Source: a virus (lineage: Duplodnaviria; Caudoviricetes). From it: DNA of 58,059 nt. The notes under the pieces are model-generated. The model saw only the letters and a list, made by a program, of their open reading frames with translations. It ran no database searches and was not told where the DNA came from. Positions 44,331-52,819 of the stretch are shown here, piece by piece; positions within the stretch are counted from its first letter, which is position 1, and each line of letters opens with the position of its first letter. Made by a program: the position numbers and the translations under genes. The DNA lies in IMG/VR virus record IMGVR_UViG_3300033076_000920, positions 1 through 58,059 of that record; one strand, given 5' to 3'.

Positions 44331-45394
44331 AGACGGTCCCACCAAACCTTTCGCAAGTCTTTCTCTGTTTTCTTGGTTCTGGGCAAGCTGCCCTCCCAGT
44401 CGTTGAGTAGCAGCTGCTTTACCTGGTGTTGATACACAGCCTCGTCGTCAGGCTGCGATGCAAAGCGCTTGCGGAAGCGGTCAATGACCGACGTGTCAGT
44501 GGTCGCAAGCAGGTGGTCTCGATACGCGCGCCACGTCGCGTGTCCAGGCGGCAGCTCCGAGGCATCGTACACGTAGCGCTCGTGGCTGTAGTGCGCCGCG
44601 CAGTGCACGCCGCCGAGCCTGCGCACCATGCGCTCGTAGGTGTCCGGCTCGAACTCCTGCAGTGCCGCGAGCGAGCGAAACGCCTGCTCGTGGATCAGGT
44701 TGCTTACGCGCATCGTGCGGAGGTTTACGCCGCTGCGCGCGATCATCTGATCGTAGATGTGGTTGTATTCCAGGTTGTTGTCCGCGATCATCTTCCAGAC
44801 GTCGGAGCCTTGGAAGTCCCAGATCGGGTAGAATCGAAAGCTGTTTGGCGCGCCCTTGCATCGAGTTGACCACTGATAATGCTGATACCCGTTGGCCTTG
44901 AGCATCGCGCGTTGGCGATTCATTGACTCGAAGGTGCGCAGGCCCACGAGATGGGCGGTGGGCACCTTGTCTTGTGTCTCGAACCACTCGAAGAAGTCGT
45001 AGAACCTGTCTGGGTATTCTCCTTCGATGGCGTGCGTCGCGAGCTTGTGTTTTGGGTGCACCCACAGGTCAGGCGTCGCAGGGTCCCACGCGTGCAGGTA
45101 GAGCTCGCGGTGGCTTGTCGCGTTGGTCATGCGGATGGGCACCTGATACCAACGCGGGATCACGAGCGGATGCGACATGACGCTTTCGACCATGCGAATC
45201 GTCTCGGCGTACTCGGCCTCCTGGTCGAGAAAGAACACCTCGATCTTGCGGTTCGTGCGCTCTGCTTCCCAGAGCGCCAGCCAGAACAGGCACGTCGAGT
45301 CTTTGCCGCCGCTGTAGCTAACAACGATGCGCTCAAACTCGCGGAACACGAAGCGCATTCGGTTGCGCGCGCAGTCAAACACGCTTCTAACCAT
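44327..45394 (-). CDS. IbrA/YbdN-like PAPS-reductase-family (PP-loop) protein
   Basis: SYSGGKDS, FLDQEAEY, GLR..ES.NR, YPIWDF...DVW, YN.IYD, MRVS, EPDTY. Confidence 0.88.
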   Translation of the reverse strand: MVRSVFDCARNRMRFVFREFERIVVSYSGGKDSTCLFWLALWEAERTNRKIEVFFLDQEAEYAETIRMVESVMSHPLVIPRWYQVPIRMTNATSHRELYLHAWDPATPDLWVHPKHKLATHAIEGEYPDRFYDFFEWFETQDKVPTAHLVGLRTFESMNRQRAMLKANGYQHYQWSTRCKGAPNSFRFYPIWDFQGSDVWKMIADNNLEYNHIYDQMIARSGVNLRTMRVSNLIHEQAFRSLAALQEFEPDTYERMVRRLGGVHCAAHYSHERYVYDASELPPGHATWRAYRDHLLATTDTSVIDRFRKRFASQPDDEAVYQHQVKQLLLNDWEGSLPRTKKTEKDLRKVWWDRL

Positions 45395-46166
45395 GGAACG
45401 CCTCCGCGATGTTGTTGGTCAGGTCTACCATCATCCGTGCCTGGCTCGTGAGCCAGCGGTCGACGCCTAGGTCGGTGACAATGAGCTTGTGTCGCGGCGA
45501 TGCAAACACGTCTGGCAACGTGCGCTCGGGGCACGCACGCTGCGCAAACGTGGCGAGGCGTTTGATGATGGCGTTTGGCGTGCGCTCATCGGCAAACGCG
45601 GCCTCTTTCTCTTGCTGATATGCGTCGTGTGTCGACGCGCTCATCGGCAGCACCTCGACTTCGTGTTGCTCTACCCGGTAGCCATCTCGCCACACCAGCA
45701 CGCCTGCGCCGAAGCGCTTGAGCCGCGTCATGTTGCACGTCTGCTCCTCGAGCTTGCCGTCGAGGTAGAATCGCCAATCCGTCTCGACGCGGTAGCTGGT
45801 GTGGTACTTCTCGTGCGGCTCGCCGAACGGAGCTTCGACGGCGCCAAAGTGAAACCACATGCGCCACGGCTCGCCGATAAACGCGTGCGTGTCGACGCTC
45901 AGCCGCTGCGGCCCAGTCCATGGGTCGGTAAGAAACTGGCCGTACTTCATGCGGCTGCCAGGCCGGATGATGCGCGAGACCAGGTTGAGCAGCACCACGA
46001 CGTCGCACCCGTCGTAGTACTTGCGAGGATTGGCGACGAAGTCGTCGGCGAGCACGCGCCGCTCGACTGCTGGCGAATCGCTCTTGTGGTGCACCCACAG
46101 CGCCGACTTGTCGGTCGGCCAGCCCGAGCGCATCGGGTCACTCGTCAAGCAGATTCGGTGGCTCAT
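45387..46166 (-). CDS. Hypothetical protein between the IbrB-like and IbrA-like genes (start uncertain)
   Basis: Overlaps both neighbours; no intact catalytic motif recognised. Confidence 0.65.
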   Translation of the reverse strand: MSHRICLTSDPMRSGWPTDKSALWVHHKSDSPAVERRVLADDFVANPRKYYDGCDVVVLLNLVSRIIRPGSRMKYGQFLTDPWTGPQRLSVDTHAFIGEPWRMWFHFGAVEAPFGEPHEKYHTSYRVETDWRFYLDGKLEEQTCNMTRLKRFGAGVLVWRDGYRVEQHEVEVLPMSASTHDAYQQEKEAAFADERTPNAIIKRLATFAQRACPERTLPDVFASPRHKLIVTDLGVDRWLTSQARMMVDLTNNIAEAFHG

Positions 46167-46767
46167 CGTCCCTCCCGTAGCTGCTGTTGTACTCGACGCC
46201 AGCGATCATCCTTGCCGCTCCCACGATCTGCTTGAGCCTAAGCATCTCCTCGACGCTCATGCCGAGGCGTCGCGCGATGGCATCGTCGCTCATGCCAAGC
46301 TTGCTCATGGCCACCACGAGCGCGCCTTGTAGGTCGACCTGGTGCTTTCCGCGCGCGCGGTTGTGCCGCACCGTGGACGCCATCAGGTCCCCGCGTGGGG
46401 CCTCAATGATGCTGCAGGGGATCCACGTGCGCATGAGGCGCGTGGAGGCCACGAGACGGCGGTGGAAGCCGTCCACGACCGTGTAGCGGTGCGCATCGCC
46501 TGACACGACCACGGGCATGGTAATTCCATCGGCGGTCATGCTCTGCTCGAGCAGCGCGAGCTCGGGCGATGCCACTCGGTTAGGGTTGTAGTCGTTGGCG
46601 TGCAGCGCGCTGACGTGCACCAGCTGCGGGCGTGTCGCCGGGTCGGCGGGCAGGTCGTGCAAGAGCGCCTTGGCAGCCTCGCGCACGATCTCGTTGAAAA
46701 GCGCAACACGCCCAGCCTGCGAGAGGCTAGACGCGTCGGCCAGAAGGTCTTGAAGCTGCTTCATCAT
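46138..46767 (-). CDS. IbrB/YbdM-like ParB/Srx-domain protein with C-terminal HTH
   Basis: ANDYNPN.VA.PE..LL..S...DG.T.P.V, VVDGFHR, STVRHNRARGKH, IA..LGM..EE..RL. Confidence 0.9.
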   Translation of the reverse strand: MMKQLQDLLADASSLSQAGRVALFNEIVREAAKALLHDLPADPATRPQLVHVSALHANDYNPNRVASPELALLEQSMTADGITMPVVVSGDAHRYTVVDGFHRRLVASTRLMRTWIPCSIIEAPRGDLMASTVRHNRARGKHQVDLQGALVVAMSKLGMSDDAIARRLGMSVEEMLRLKQIVGAARMIAGVEYNSSYGRDDEPPNLLDE

Positions 46768-47021
46768 CCGCCTCGTCGCAGGAAGAGTCGGTCATCCTCC
46801 GTCATGAGCTTTTTCGCTTCGGCCCTGAGGGCCTTGGAGTCGAGCCGGGGCCAGGGCATGTGTTTTTCCCATGCTTCAAGCTCGATGCGGTTGGCGACCT
46901 CGTTGATCGCCAGTGCGATAGAACGCTTGCTGTGCATCCTCATGGCCGCATCTCGCTCGGCTTCCCCCCATCGGCTGCATTCTGCATCGACCAGAATCTG
47001 AATGGCTTGTTCGCGTGTCAT
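46764..47021 (-). CDS. Small hypothetical protein, first gene of the ibrAB-like operon
   Basis: ATGA overlap with the ibrB-like gene; ATG 6 nt after a -10 box. Confidence 0.6.
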   Translation of the reverse strand: MTREQAIQILVDAECSRWGEAERDAAMRMHSKRSIALAINEVANRIELEAWEKHMPWPRLDSKALRAEAKKLMTEDDRLFLRRGG

Positions 47022-47027
47022 GCCCAG

Positions 47028-47056
47028 ACACTAGCGCTAGACCTCTCGCGCGTCAA
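47028..47056 (-). promoter_or_regulatory. Sigma70-like promoter, probably leaderless, for the ibrAB-like operon
   Basis: TTGACG (47056-47051), 17 nt, TAGTGT (47033-47028). Confidence 0.65.
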
Positions 47057-47073
47057 GCGTCGCATTCGCTTTT

Positions 47074-47877
47074 TTAGCTGACGGTGTCCAAGGCTGGCAT
47101 GAAGTCGCGCCACAGGCGGTGCAGGCTGGGGTAGTAGTGCCGCAGCCATGCGGCATGGGTACGGCTACGCCCGCACACCCACCAGCTCTTGCGCACGGTC
47201 CACGGCGCGTCTCGGTGTATGTACCCGATGCAGCGGTAGAGGGGCAGCAGGGGCACCTCGCGCGAGTGCACGTATGCCAGCACGTCGAGGCCCGACCACC
47301 ACGCTAGAGGGTGGGCATGCACCCTGCCCGACTTGAGCCTTGCGACTGGGCCAGCGGTAGAGAGGCGCATCATGCGGGCGTCGTTTTCCTGCGCTCGCAG
47401 CCCCATCATGACGCACCCGTAGGCTGCACTGGCTCGGTCGACGAGGTCGTAGAACACCACACGCGACAGGCCAGCGGAGCGCGAGTGTAGGTCCTGGTCG
47501 ACCTCGCGCATGTGCTCGCGCAGATAGTCGAGCGCCGAGACATCGGGCCGCAGCACCTCGAGCTGTGCGCCCCATCGCGCGGCGAGCTCGCGCACGAACG
47601 CCTCTTCGCCTGGGTAGTCTAGGTCGTCTTTCTGCGAGATGAGCGGCACGTGCTGCAGCCCGAGCTCGTGCGTCACGAGATGAGCGAGGCACGTGGAGTC
47701 CTTGCCTGCTGACCACATGACGCACGCGCGCGGCTCTAGCTCTAGCGCCTCGAGCACGTAGCGCTTGGCTTGCGTGACGCGACGCTGGAAGCCTGGCGAG
47801 CGCGCATGCACGTCGCACACGCGCCGCCAGTAGTCCCACGCCTCATGGTCCTCGCGACGTAGGACCGGCTCTGTCAC
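47074..47877 (-). CDS. Type IV-B-associated CysH-like PAPS-reductase-family protein
   Basis: WSAGKDS PP-loop, MGLRAQE..R, PLA.W...DV.AY; lacks the C-terminal ECGLH; coupled to csf3. Confidence 0.85.
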   Translation of the reverse strand: MTEPVLRREDHEAWDYWRRVCDVHARSPGFQRRVTQAKRYVLEALELEPRACVMWSAGKDSTCLAHLVTHELGLQHVPLISQKDDLDYPGEEAFVRELAARWGAQLEVLRPDVSALDYLREHMREVDQDLHSRSAGLSRVVFYDLVDRASAAYGCVMMGLRAQENDARMMRLSTAGPVARLKSGRVHAHPLAWWSGLDVLAYVHSREVPLLPLYRCIGYIHRDAPWTVRKSWWVCGRSRTHAAWLRHYYPSLHRLWRDFMPALDTVS

Positions 47878-48548
47878 TGGCGGATGGCCTCTGCAGGCAC
47901 GGCGATCGGCACCTCAAGCCATCGGGTCCAGTAGGGGTAGGTGAGCGTGCCCTGGCTGAGCTGCGCCTGGTCCGAGAGGCCAGGATAGTCGGCTGGCAGG
48001 TTGCGCATCGGCATGCCATCTCGCAGCACTGGAAAGCCAGGCCACAGCTCGTCGTCGCGCATCTCACGCACGGCCCACGCGATGACTCGCCCGCATCCGG
48101 TCGCGCGCTTTTTGCCAACGTATGAGATGAGCTGCAGCAACCGCCACACCTCGTCTCGGTCGCCGACGCACCACCAGGTCATGCGGTCACCTGCAGCGTG
48201 AAACGTGCGCAGCGGCAGCCGGTACGAGCGCGCCGCGCCGGCGTCGATGCGATACGACCGAAACCGTTGCTCTCCCAGTGCTTGCGCCTCTTGCTGTGGA
48301 AAGCGTCGGTTGATCCATCGTTGCTCTGACTCTTCGACCTCGCAGTGTCCGACGCTGGCGAGGTGAAAGCGCCGCGAGTCATGCCATGCGACTGGGATAT
48401 CGACATGCTTGAGCTCGGTTTCGAGCGGGGCGTTGTAGATGCCCTGCTCCATGGCGACGGCTGCGGCGAGCAGCCCATCAAGGGCAAGCGGTCCGTTGGG
48501 TAGTGCCACGGCGCCTCGGAGCGTGGCGACGACCTCGAGCGGCGTCAC
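47874..48548 (-). CDS. csf3: Type IV CRISPR-associated Cas5-group RAMP
   Basis: L.LDGLLA.A, IP+, W.CVGD..EV..LL, G-loop VGKKRATGCGRV..W, R.LP, PYW. Confidence 0.85.
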   Translation of the reverse strand: MTPLEVVATLRGAVALPNGPLALDGLLAAAVAMEQGIYNAPLETELKHVDIPVAWHDSRRFHLASVGHCEVEESEQRWINRRFPQQEAQALGEQRFRSYRIDAGAARSYRLPLRTFHAAGDRMTWWCVGDRDEVWRLLQLISYVGKKRATGCGRVIAWAVREMRDDELWPGFPVLRDGMPMRNLPADYPGLSDQAQLSQGTLTYPYWTRWLEVPIAVPAEAIRQ

Positions 48549-49567
48549 GCTTCCACCTGCCCGAGGAAGCTTCGGATCTCGGTCTTGCGCTCCGCGACGT
48601 GCGCGCGAAAGAGCTCGCCCACGCGCGGCGCTAGCTCAGCTGGTGCGATGGGCAACAGCGCGTCCGCTGGTCTCGCCAGCTCGATGTCCCACGCCTTGAC
48701 CGGTCGCACCTCGCCGTGGCCTGTGCCGCGCTTGCCACCGACGCGAGCGCGAGACAGGAAGCCCACCGCGGCCAGCCGGAACGTGTCGAGCGCGAGCGCG
48801 CTGTACACCGTAGCCTGGCATCCCCAGTAGAAAAGCGACCCTTGCGCGATGCGCTCGTATCGGCGCGGCATCATGGCGCTCTTGCTCTTGCCTCGCGCGA
48901 CGGCGTCGTCGCTCTCGCTAGCTGCTTCGCTGTCTGCGAGCTTGCCCAGCATCTTGACTTGGTCCTCGCCGCTCGTGAGCTCACGCAGCGATGGCCGTAG
49001 CATCGGGTCCATGCGCACGCGCTGCACCTCCTCGACGTGCTCGCGCGCGGTGGCGATATGCGCACCGGTCTCGCGCACGTACGCCATGACGTGCTCTGGC
49101 ACGAAGCGCGCCGTCTCGTCGCAGATAACAGTGGCATCGTCCACCTCGAGCATGCCTGGAATCATGCGGTTCTGTGCGCATCCGCCGAATAGCTCGAGCG
49201 CTGGCACGAGCTCGCAGAGCTTGCGGTACTCGTCGAGGCGCACGACGGCTCCATCCGATCCGCGGCCCTTGATCATGCCGCCCGCAAAGAGCAGACGCAA
49301 CGCGGCCTCGTTCAGCGTGTTGCGCTCGAGCAGCCCTGCGGCGTCGAGAAACATGTACGCCGCAGCCTCGCGCATGCCGTGGCGCATCGTGTCGGCGGTC
49401 ACGATGGGCACGAGCGAGAAGCGGCCATCGGCGCGACGCACCTTGCGGCGCATGATGACGGCCTCGTTTCCGATGGACTCGGCGTGGTGCGCGATGGGCT
49501 GTGCAGCCTCGAGCACGAAGTCGTAGCGATGGCGTTGCATGCTGGTCTTGCTGGTATTGTCAGACAT
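48545..49567 (-). CDS. csf2: Type IV CRISPR-associated Cas7-group backbone RAMP
   Basis: PI.H, VP.V.A..MRH.MR, LF.GG, P.L.LFGG....IPG.L.V, E.IA.GS, G-loop GGKRGTGHG.V. Confidence 0.88.
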   Translation of the reverse strand: MSDNTSKTSMQRHRYDFVLEAAQPIAHHAESIGNEAVIMRRKVRRADGRFSLVPIVTADTMRHGMREAAAYMFLDAAGLLERNTLNEAALRLLFAGGMIKGRGSDGAVVRLDEYRKLCELVPALELFGGCAQNRMIPGMLEVDDATVICDETARFVPEHVMAYVRETGAHIATAREHVEEVQRVRMDPMLRPSLRELTSGEDQVKMLGKLADSEAASESDDAVARGKSKSAMMPRRYERIAQGSLFYWGCQATVYSALALDTFRLAAVGFLSRARVGGKRGTGHGEVRPVKAWDIELARPADALLPIAPAELAPRVGELFRAHVAERKTEIRSFLGQVEA

Positions 49568-49958
49568 CGTCGATCTCCCCTTCGTGTGCCCTGCGTTCCT
49601 CTGCGCGCGTCTCGGTAATGAGTCGCGCCATGGCCATGAGTAGCCCTGTCTCTCGCTCGACGAGGTCGAGCACTTCGCGGTCGCCGTGGTCGCGTGCGAC
49701 CTTCGACAGATCCCACAGCGTTTGCGCGCCGAGCTTGTCGAGCGTCGTGGGCAGCTGCAGCCCGCGCAGCACAGCCGTGGTCCACTCGTCGACCGTGCCG
49801 CAGCGTCGAGCTGCGCTCAAGATGCGCCCTTGTAGCTGCTCCCAGTGCTTGAGCACCACGGCGGCGCCGTAGGTGCGCAGGTATCTTCGGCGTGCCGCGA
49901 GGATGAACTCAACCAGAGCGGTGCGCGCCTTGTCTGCGTGTTGTTCGCTTAGACTCAC
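49560..49958 (-). CDS. Type IV-B small subunit (Cas11-like)
   Basis: 132-aa all-helical protein (W..L..RI.SAA) between csf1 and csf2, the IV-B Cas11 position. Confidence 0.7.
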   Translation of the reverse strand: MSLSEQHADKARTALVEFILAARRRYLRTYGAAVVLKHWEQLQGRILSAARRCGTVDEWTTAVLRGLQLPTTLDKLGAQTLWDLSKVARDHGDREVLDLVERETGLLMAMARLITETRAEERRAHEGEIDDV

Positions 49959-50832
49959 TGCGTTTCCCCTTCTCTTTGATCATGCGCGCGGCGACGGTCT
50001 CCTCGTCGCGTTGCGCGAGCCACAGACAGAGCGCAAACCACGCAAGCGATCTCGCGTAGCTCCAGTCGCGCTCGAAGTGTTCGATGCGCTCACGGCATCG
50101 CTGGTATGCGTGCGAGGTGTACGCGCCGCGCTGAAGCTCCTCTTTGGTGGCGCCCGCCGTCAGGAGCTCGGTCATGTCTCCGACCAAGCTCCAAAGCCGA
50201 GACGACGCCGGTGGGATGAATACCTCGGACTCCTCGAAGCGCACGCGCCCGCTGCCTCGGCGCATGTTGATTGGCGTGTACGGCAGCACGTGCTTTTGGC
50301 CCGTGTCGGAGATAGCGGCGAACCATGTGCACGGCTCGAGCGGGCTCGACGTTGCCATGCGGCGCAAGAAGGCCAGGATCTTGGGCTTCTCTCCCTTGGT
50401 GGCGTTGTCGAGCGTATGCCCGTCGTAAAGGTGGGTGAAGTTACTCCACCTGCCTGCGCTTTCCTTGCGGCATGTACCGTCGCACTTGGCGCATGGCTGC
50501 CCAGGCTCGCGGTGCCCTCGGTTGCCTTTGCGAGCCTGCGCTTGCGATGGCTCGACGCCGGTGCCGTTGCATCGATCGCACGGCTTTGGCTCTCGGCCCA
50601 CGACTGGCGAAAACCGAGCGCGCACGTACACGCATGCCTCGCATACGTGGTCCGAGTGCGGCGAGCAAAACGACGTCTGGTCAGTCAGTGATGAGCCGAT
50701 GAACTCCCACACGGGCTTGCCGCGCGTACTGTGCCCACCGCACATCGCGCACGGCTCGACATCGTGCGTGGAGCAGCCTTCGACGGCAGGCCAACCAACG
50801 TAGGCGTGCGAGATCTGCGAGGCCGACTTCAT
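49909..50832 (-). CDS. csf1: Type IV CRISPR-associated large subunit (Cas8-like)
   Basis: CAMCG, TD, VCEAC zinc motifs; I...GQKHV...P.N; start MKSAS overlaps the upstream stop (ATGA). Confidence 0.8.
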   Translation of the reverse strand: MKSASQISHAYVGWPAVEGCSTHDVEPCAMCGGHSTRGKPVWEFIGSSLTDQTSFCSPHSDHVCEACVYVRARFSPVVGREPKPCDRCNGTGVEPSQAQARKGNRGHREPGQPCAKCDGTCRKESAGRWSNFTHLYDGHTLDNATKGEKPKILAFLRRMATSSPLEPCTWFAAISDTGQKHVLPYTPINMRRGSGRVRFEESEVFIPPASSRLWSLVGDMTELLTAGATKEELQRGAYTSHAYQRCRERIEHFERDWSYARSLAWFALCLWLAQRDEETVAARMIKEKGKRSESKRTTRRQGAHRSG

Positions 50833-51110
50833 CGCTTGACCATCCGCGCTGATTGGTAGGGCAGCATCTGCCGCATGCGCCATTCTCGCAGCGCGTTGGT
50901 GTGGGCGCGCACTTCGTTGTGCGCCAGGTCGAGGAACACCGGCAGCGGATCGCGCTTGCGAAGCGCCAGCTGCCTCGCGTTCTGCGGGGTGATATCGCCG
51001 AGCTGAGCCGCGATGTGCTTCCACGACGAGACCCAGCCGTGCTCAAGCGCGCCCTCGAGCTGTGCGACGCGATTCTCTAGGTCCTCGAGACGCGAGAGCG
51101 CATCTTTCAT
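50829..51110 (-). CDS. Small excisionase/AlpA-like HTH protein
   Basis: WKHIA..LG...........PLPV.......A....L.EW. Confidence 0.6.
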   Translation of the reverse strand: MKDALSRLEDLENRVAQLEGALEHGWVSSWKHIAAQLGDITPQNARQLALRKRDPLPVFLDLAHNEVRAHTNALREWRMRQMLPYQSARMVKR

Positions 51111-51319
51111 GGCTTGGCGGCTCGGTAACGCCGGATGTGCACCACCTTGTAGGTGATGGTCTTGGGCGATTCTTGGCGTAGCGCGCGAGCTCGGAAGAGT
51201 GCGGCGCCTCGCGAGCCGAACTGCGTGGTCGGCGTGATAGCGGTCTTGTCGCCGATGGGCCCGCGGCGCTCGCCGTTCACGTAGTAGATCACCTGCCAGT
51301 ACTCGAAGATGAGGTGCAT
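51107..51319 (-). CDS. Small hypothetical protein
   Basis: Starts just after the ssb stop; ATGA overlap downstream. Confidence 0.5.
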   Translation of the reverse strand: MHLIFEYWQVIYYVNGERRGPIGDKTAITPTTQFGSRGAALFRARALRQESPKTITYKVVHIRRYRAAKP

Positions 51320-51320
51320 C

Positions 51321-51773
51321 TTAGAACGGGAGTTCATCGACGCCTCCCTCGGGCGAGTAGTCCGCGACCTGCGGCTGTGCTCGTCGAGCTCCACCGCCGT
51401 GGCTACCGTTGCCGCGTGCTCCCTGCTCGCTCTCTGGCCCTCGGCCTGCGAGGTAGACCTGGCTAGCGTGCACCTCGGTCTTGTAGCGCTTCTCGCCGGT
51501 TTTCTTGTCGTCGTAGCTCGTGGTGCGCAGCGCGCCCTCGACGATAACGGTGGAGCCCTTGCGCAGGATGCGTGCGAGCCCTTCGGCGCGCTTGCCCCAC
51601 ACCACGACGCGCACCCATTCGGTGCGTTGCTGGCGCTCCTTGTTTGCGTCGAGGTAGCTCTCATTGATGGCGAGCGACAGCGTCATCACGCTCGCGCCGC
51701 CTTGCGTGCTGCGCAGCTCGGGGTCTTGCCCGAGGTTGCCCATCACGATGACCTTGTTCATTCCCTCAGCCAT
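51321..51773 (-). CDS. ssb: Single-stranded DNA-binding protein
   Basis: NKVIVMGNLGQDPELR, TEWVRVVVWGK.AE, KG..V.VEG.L.T, C-terminal DELPF. Confidence 0.97.
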   Translation of the reverse strand: MAEGMNKVIVMGNLGQDPELRSTQGGASVMTLSLAINESYLDANKERQQRTEWVRVVVWGKRAEGLARILRKGSTVIVEGALRTTSYDDKKTGEKRYKTEVHASQVYLAGRGPESEQGARGNGSHGGGARRAQPQVADYSPEGGVDELPF

Positions 51774-52272
51774 GTCGTGTCCCTTTCCATGCTTCACTTG
51801 CGGCCATGAAGGCCTCGATTGTTTGCGTGATGATGTTGGCGAGCGCCGGGTGCTGCGAGCTGCAGGACAGGGCGAGCCAAGCTTTGATGCTCAGCTTGGG
51901 CGCCTTGGCCTTGCGCTGGTCTGCTTCGTACGCCTCGCGTGTGGCTGGCATGTGCGCGGCCAGGTTGGCTAGCTGGCCCAAGTGAGCCACGGTTTGCGGT
52001 GGTGCGTTGGCGCCTCCGTAGACATGCCAGAGCGCGCTAGCGTGCTCGGTCGTGAGAGCGTCAAGCCGCTTGCGGATGGCTCGGTGCCGTGCTGTCGCGC
52101 GCATGTGCGCGTCCGTCATGCGCTGGTCGGGCTTGGCAGCGCTGCCACCGAACGCGCCCTGAGCGGCTGACACCATCGGGCCCCAGCTGCTGGCGATGCC
52201 CATCTCGCTCGCGGATTGCTGCCAGTACCAGGTGAGGTCGTCGTTAGCGATGGGCCGCGGCTTCGGTCGCAT
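51766..52272 (-). CDS. Hypothetical protein, possible late transcription regulator
   Basis: Start MRPKP; L.WY and I...L..L.......L...Y resemble phage Q/sigma-like activators (weak). Confidence 0.45.
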   Translation of the reverse strand: MRPKPRPIANDDLTWYWQQSASEMGIASSWGPMVSAAQGAFGGSAAKPDQRMTDAHMRATARHRAIRKRLDALTTEHASALWHVYGGANAPPQTVAHLGQLANLAAHMPATREAYEADQRKAKAPKLSIKAWLALSCSSQHPALANIITQTIEAFMAASEAWKGTRHG

Positions 52273-52274
52273 GG

Positions 52275-52598
52275 CTAGTTGACGCCTCCGCTTTGCTTGC
52301 TTGCTCGCAGCGCCGCTAGCTTCTCGCCATACATGCGAAGCACCTTGAGGATGGCGTCGGCTGCGACGTCGCCCGTGTCGCGAGAGGCGGCGAGGAGCAG
52401 CATGGCGAGGTCGCCCGCGGTGTCGCCCGCGAGCACGAACGTGCCGCGGAGCTCTCCCGTTGCGCTGTAGAGTCGGATGGCGACTTGCCTCGTAGTGGAG
52501 GCGTCGCCGACGATGACATCCGCGGTCGACACCGCGAGTTCTATCGCTGCGATGCGACCCTCCTCGTCGAGGATGTGCAGCGACAGACGAGGAGTCAC
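52275..52598 (-). CDS. Hypothetical protein
   Basis: Tightly packed in the operon. Confidence 0.55.
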   Translation of the reverse strand: MTPRLSLHILDEEGRIAAIELAVSTADVIVGDASTTRQVAIRLYSATGELRGTFVLAGDTAGDLAMLLLAASRDTGDVAADAILKVLRMYGEKLAALRASKQSGGVN

Positions 52599-52801
52599 AA
52601 CGTCTCGCGCACGTGCTCAGCGCGGAGCCATGAGCCGCGGTCGTTGAGCAGTCGATCTCGATTCTCGTAGGCACGCATCTCGCCGCTACGGAGCAGCGCG
52701 ATCGGTCCCTCGGGTGTCGAGCCTGCGATGTCTACGACCTCCCAAGCAAACCCAGGCATCGCGCGGAGCCAAAACGTATCGCCCACTTGCACATCGTTCA
52801 T
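52595..52801 (-). CDS. Small SH3-like hypothetical protein
   Basis: DVQVGD.F; AAGGGA upstream. Confidence 0.55.
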   Translation of the reverse strand: MNDVQVGDTFWLRAMPGFAWEVVDIAGSTPEGPIALLRSGEMRAYENRDRLLNDRGSWLRAEHVRETL

Positions 52802-52819
52802 GGTTGGTCCCTTTCGTTG

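Noticed and set aside
44327-47877. Sulfate-assimilation auxiliary metabolic genes or a complete Dnd phosphorothioation system
   Set aside because: No catalytic ECGLH motif and no other cys genes; no DndA/IscS, DndD ATPase or DndE recognised
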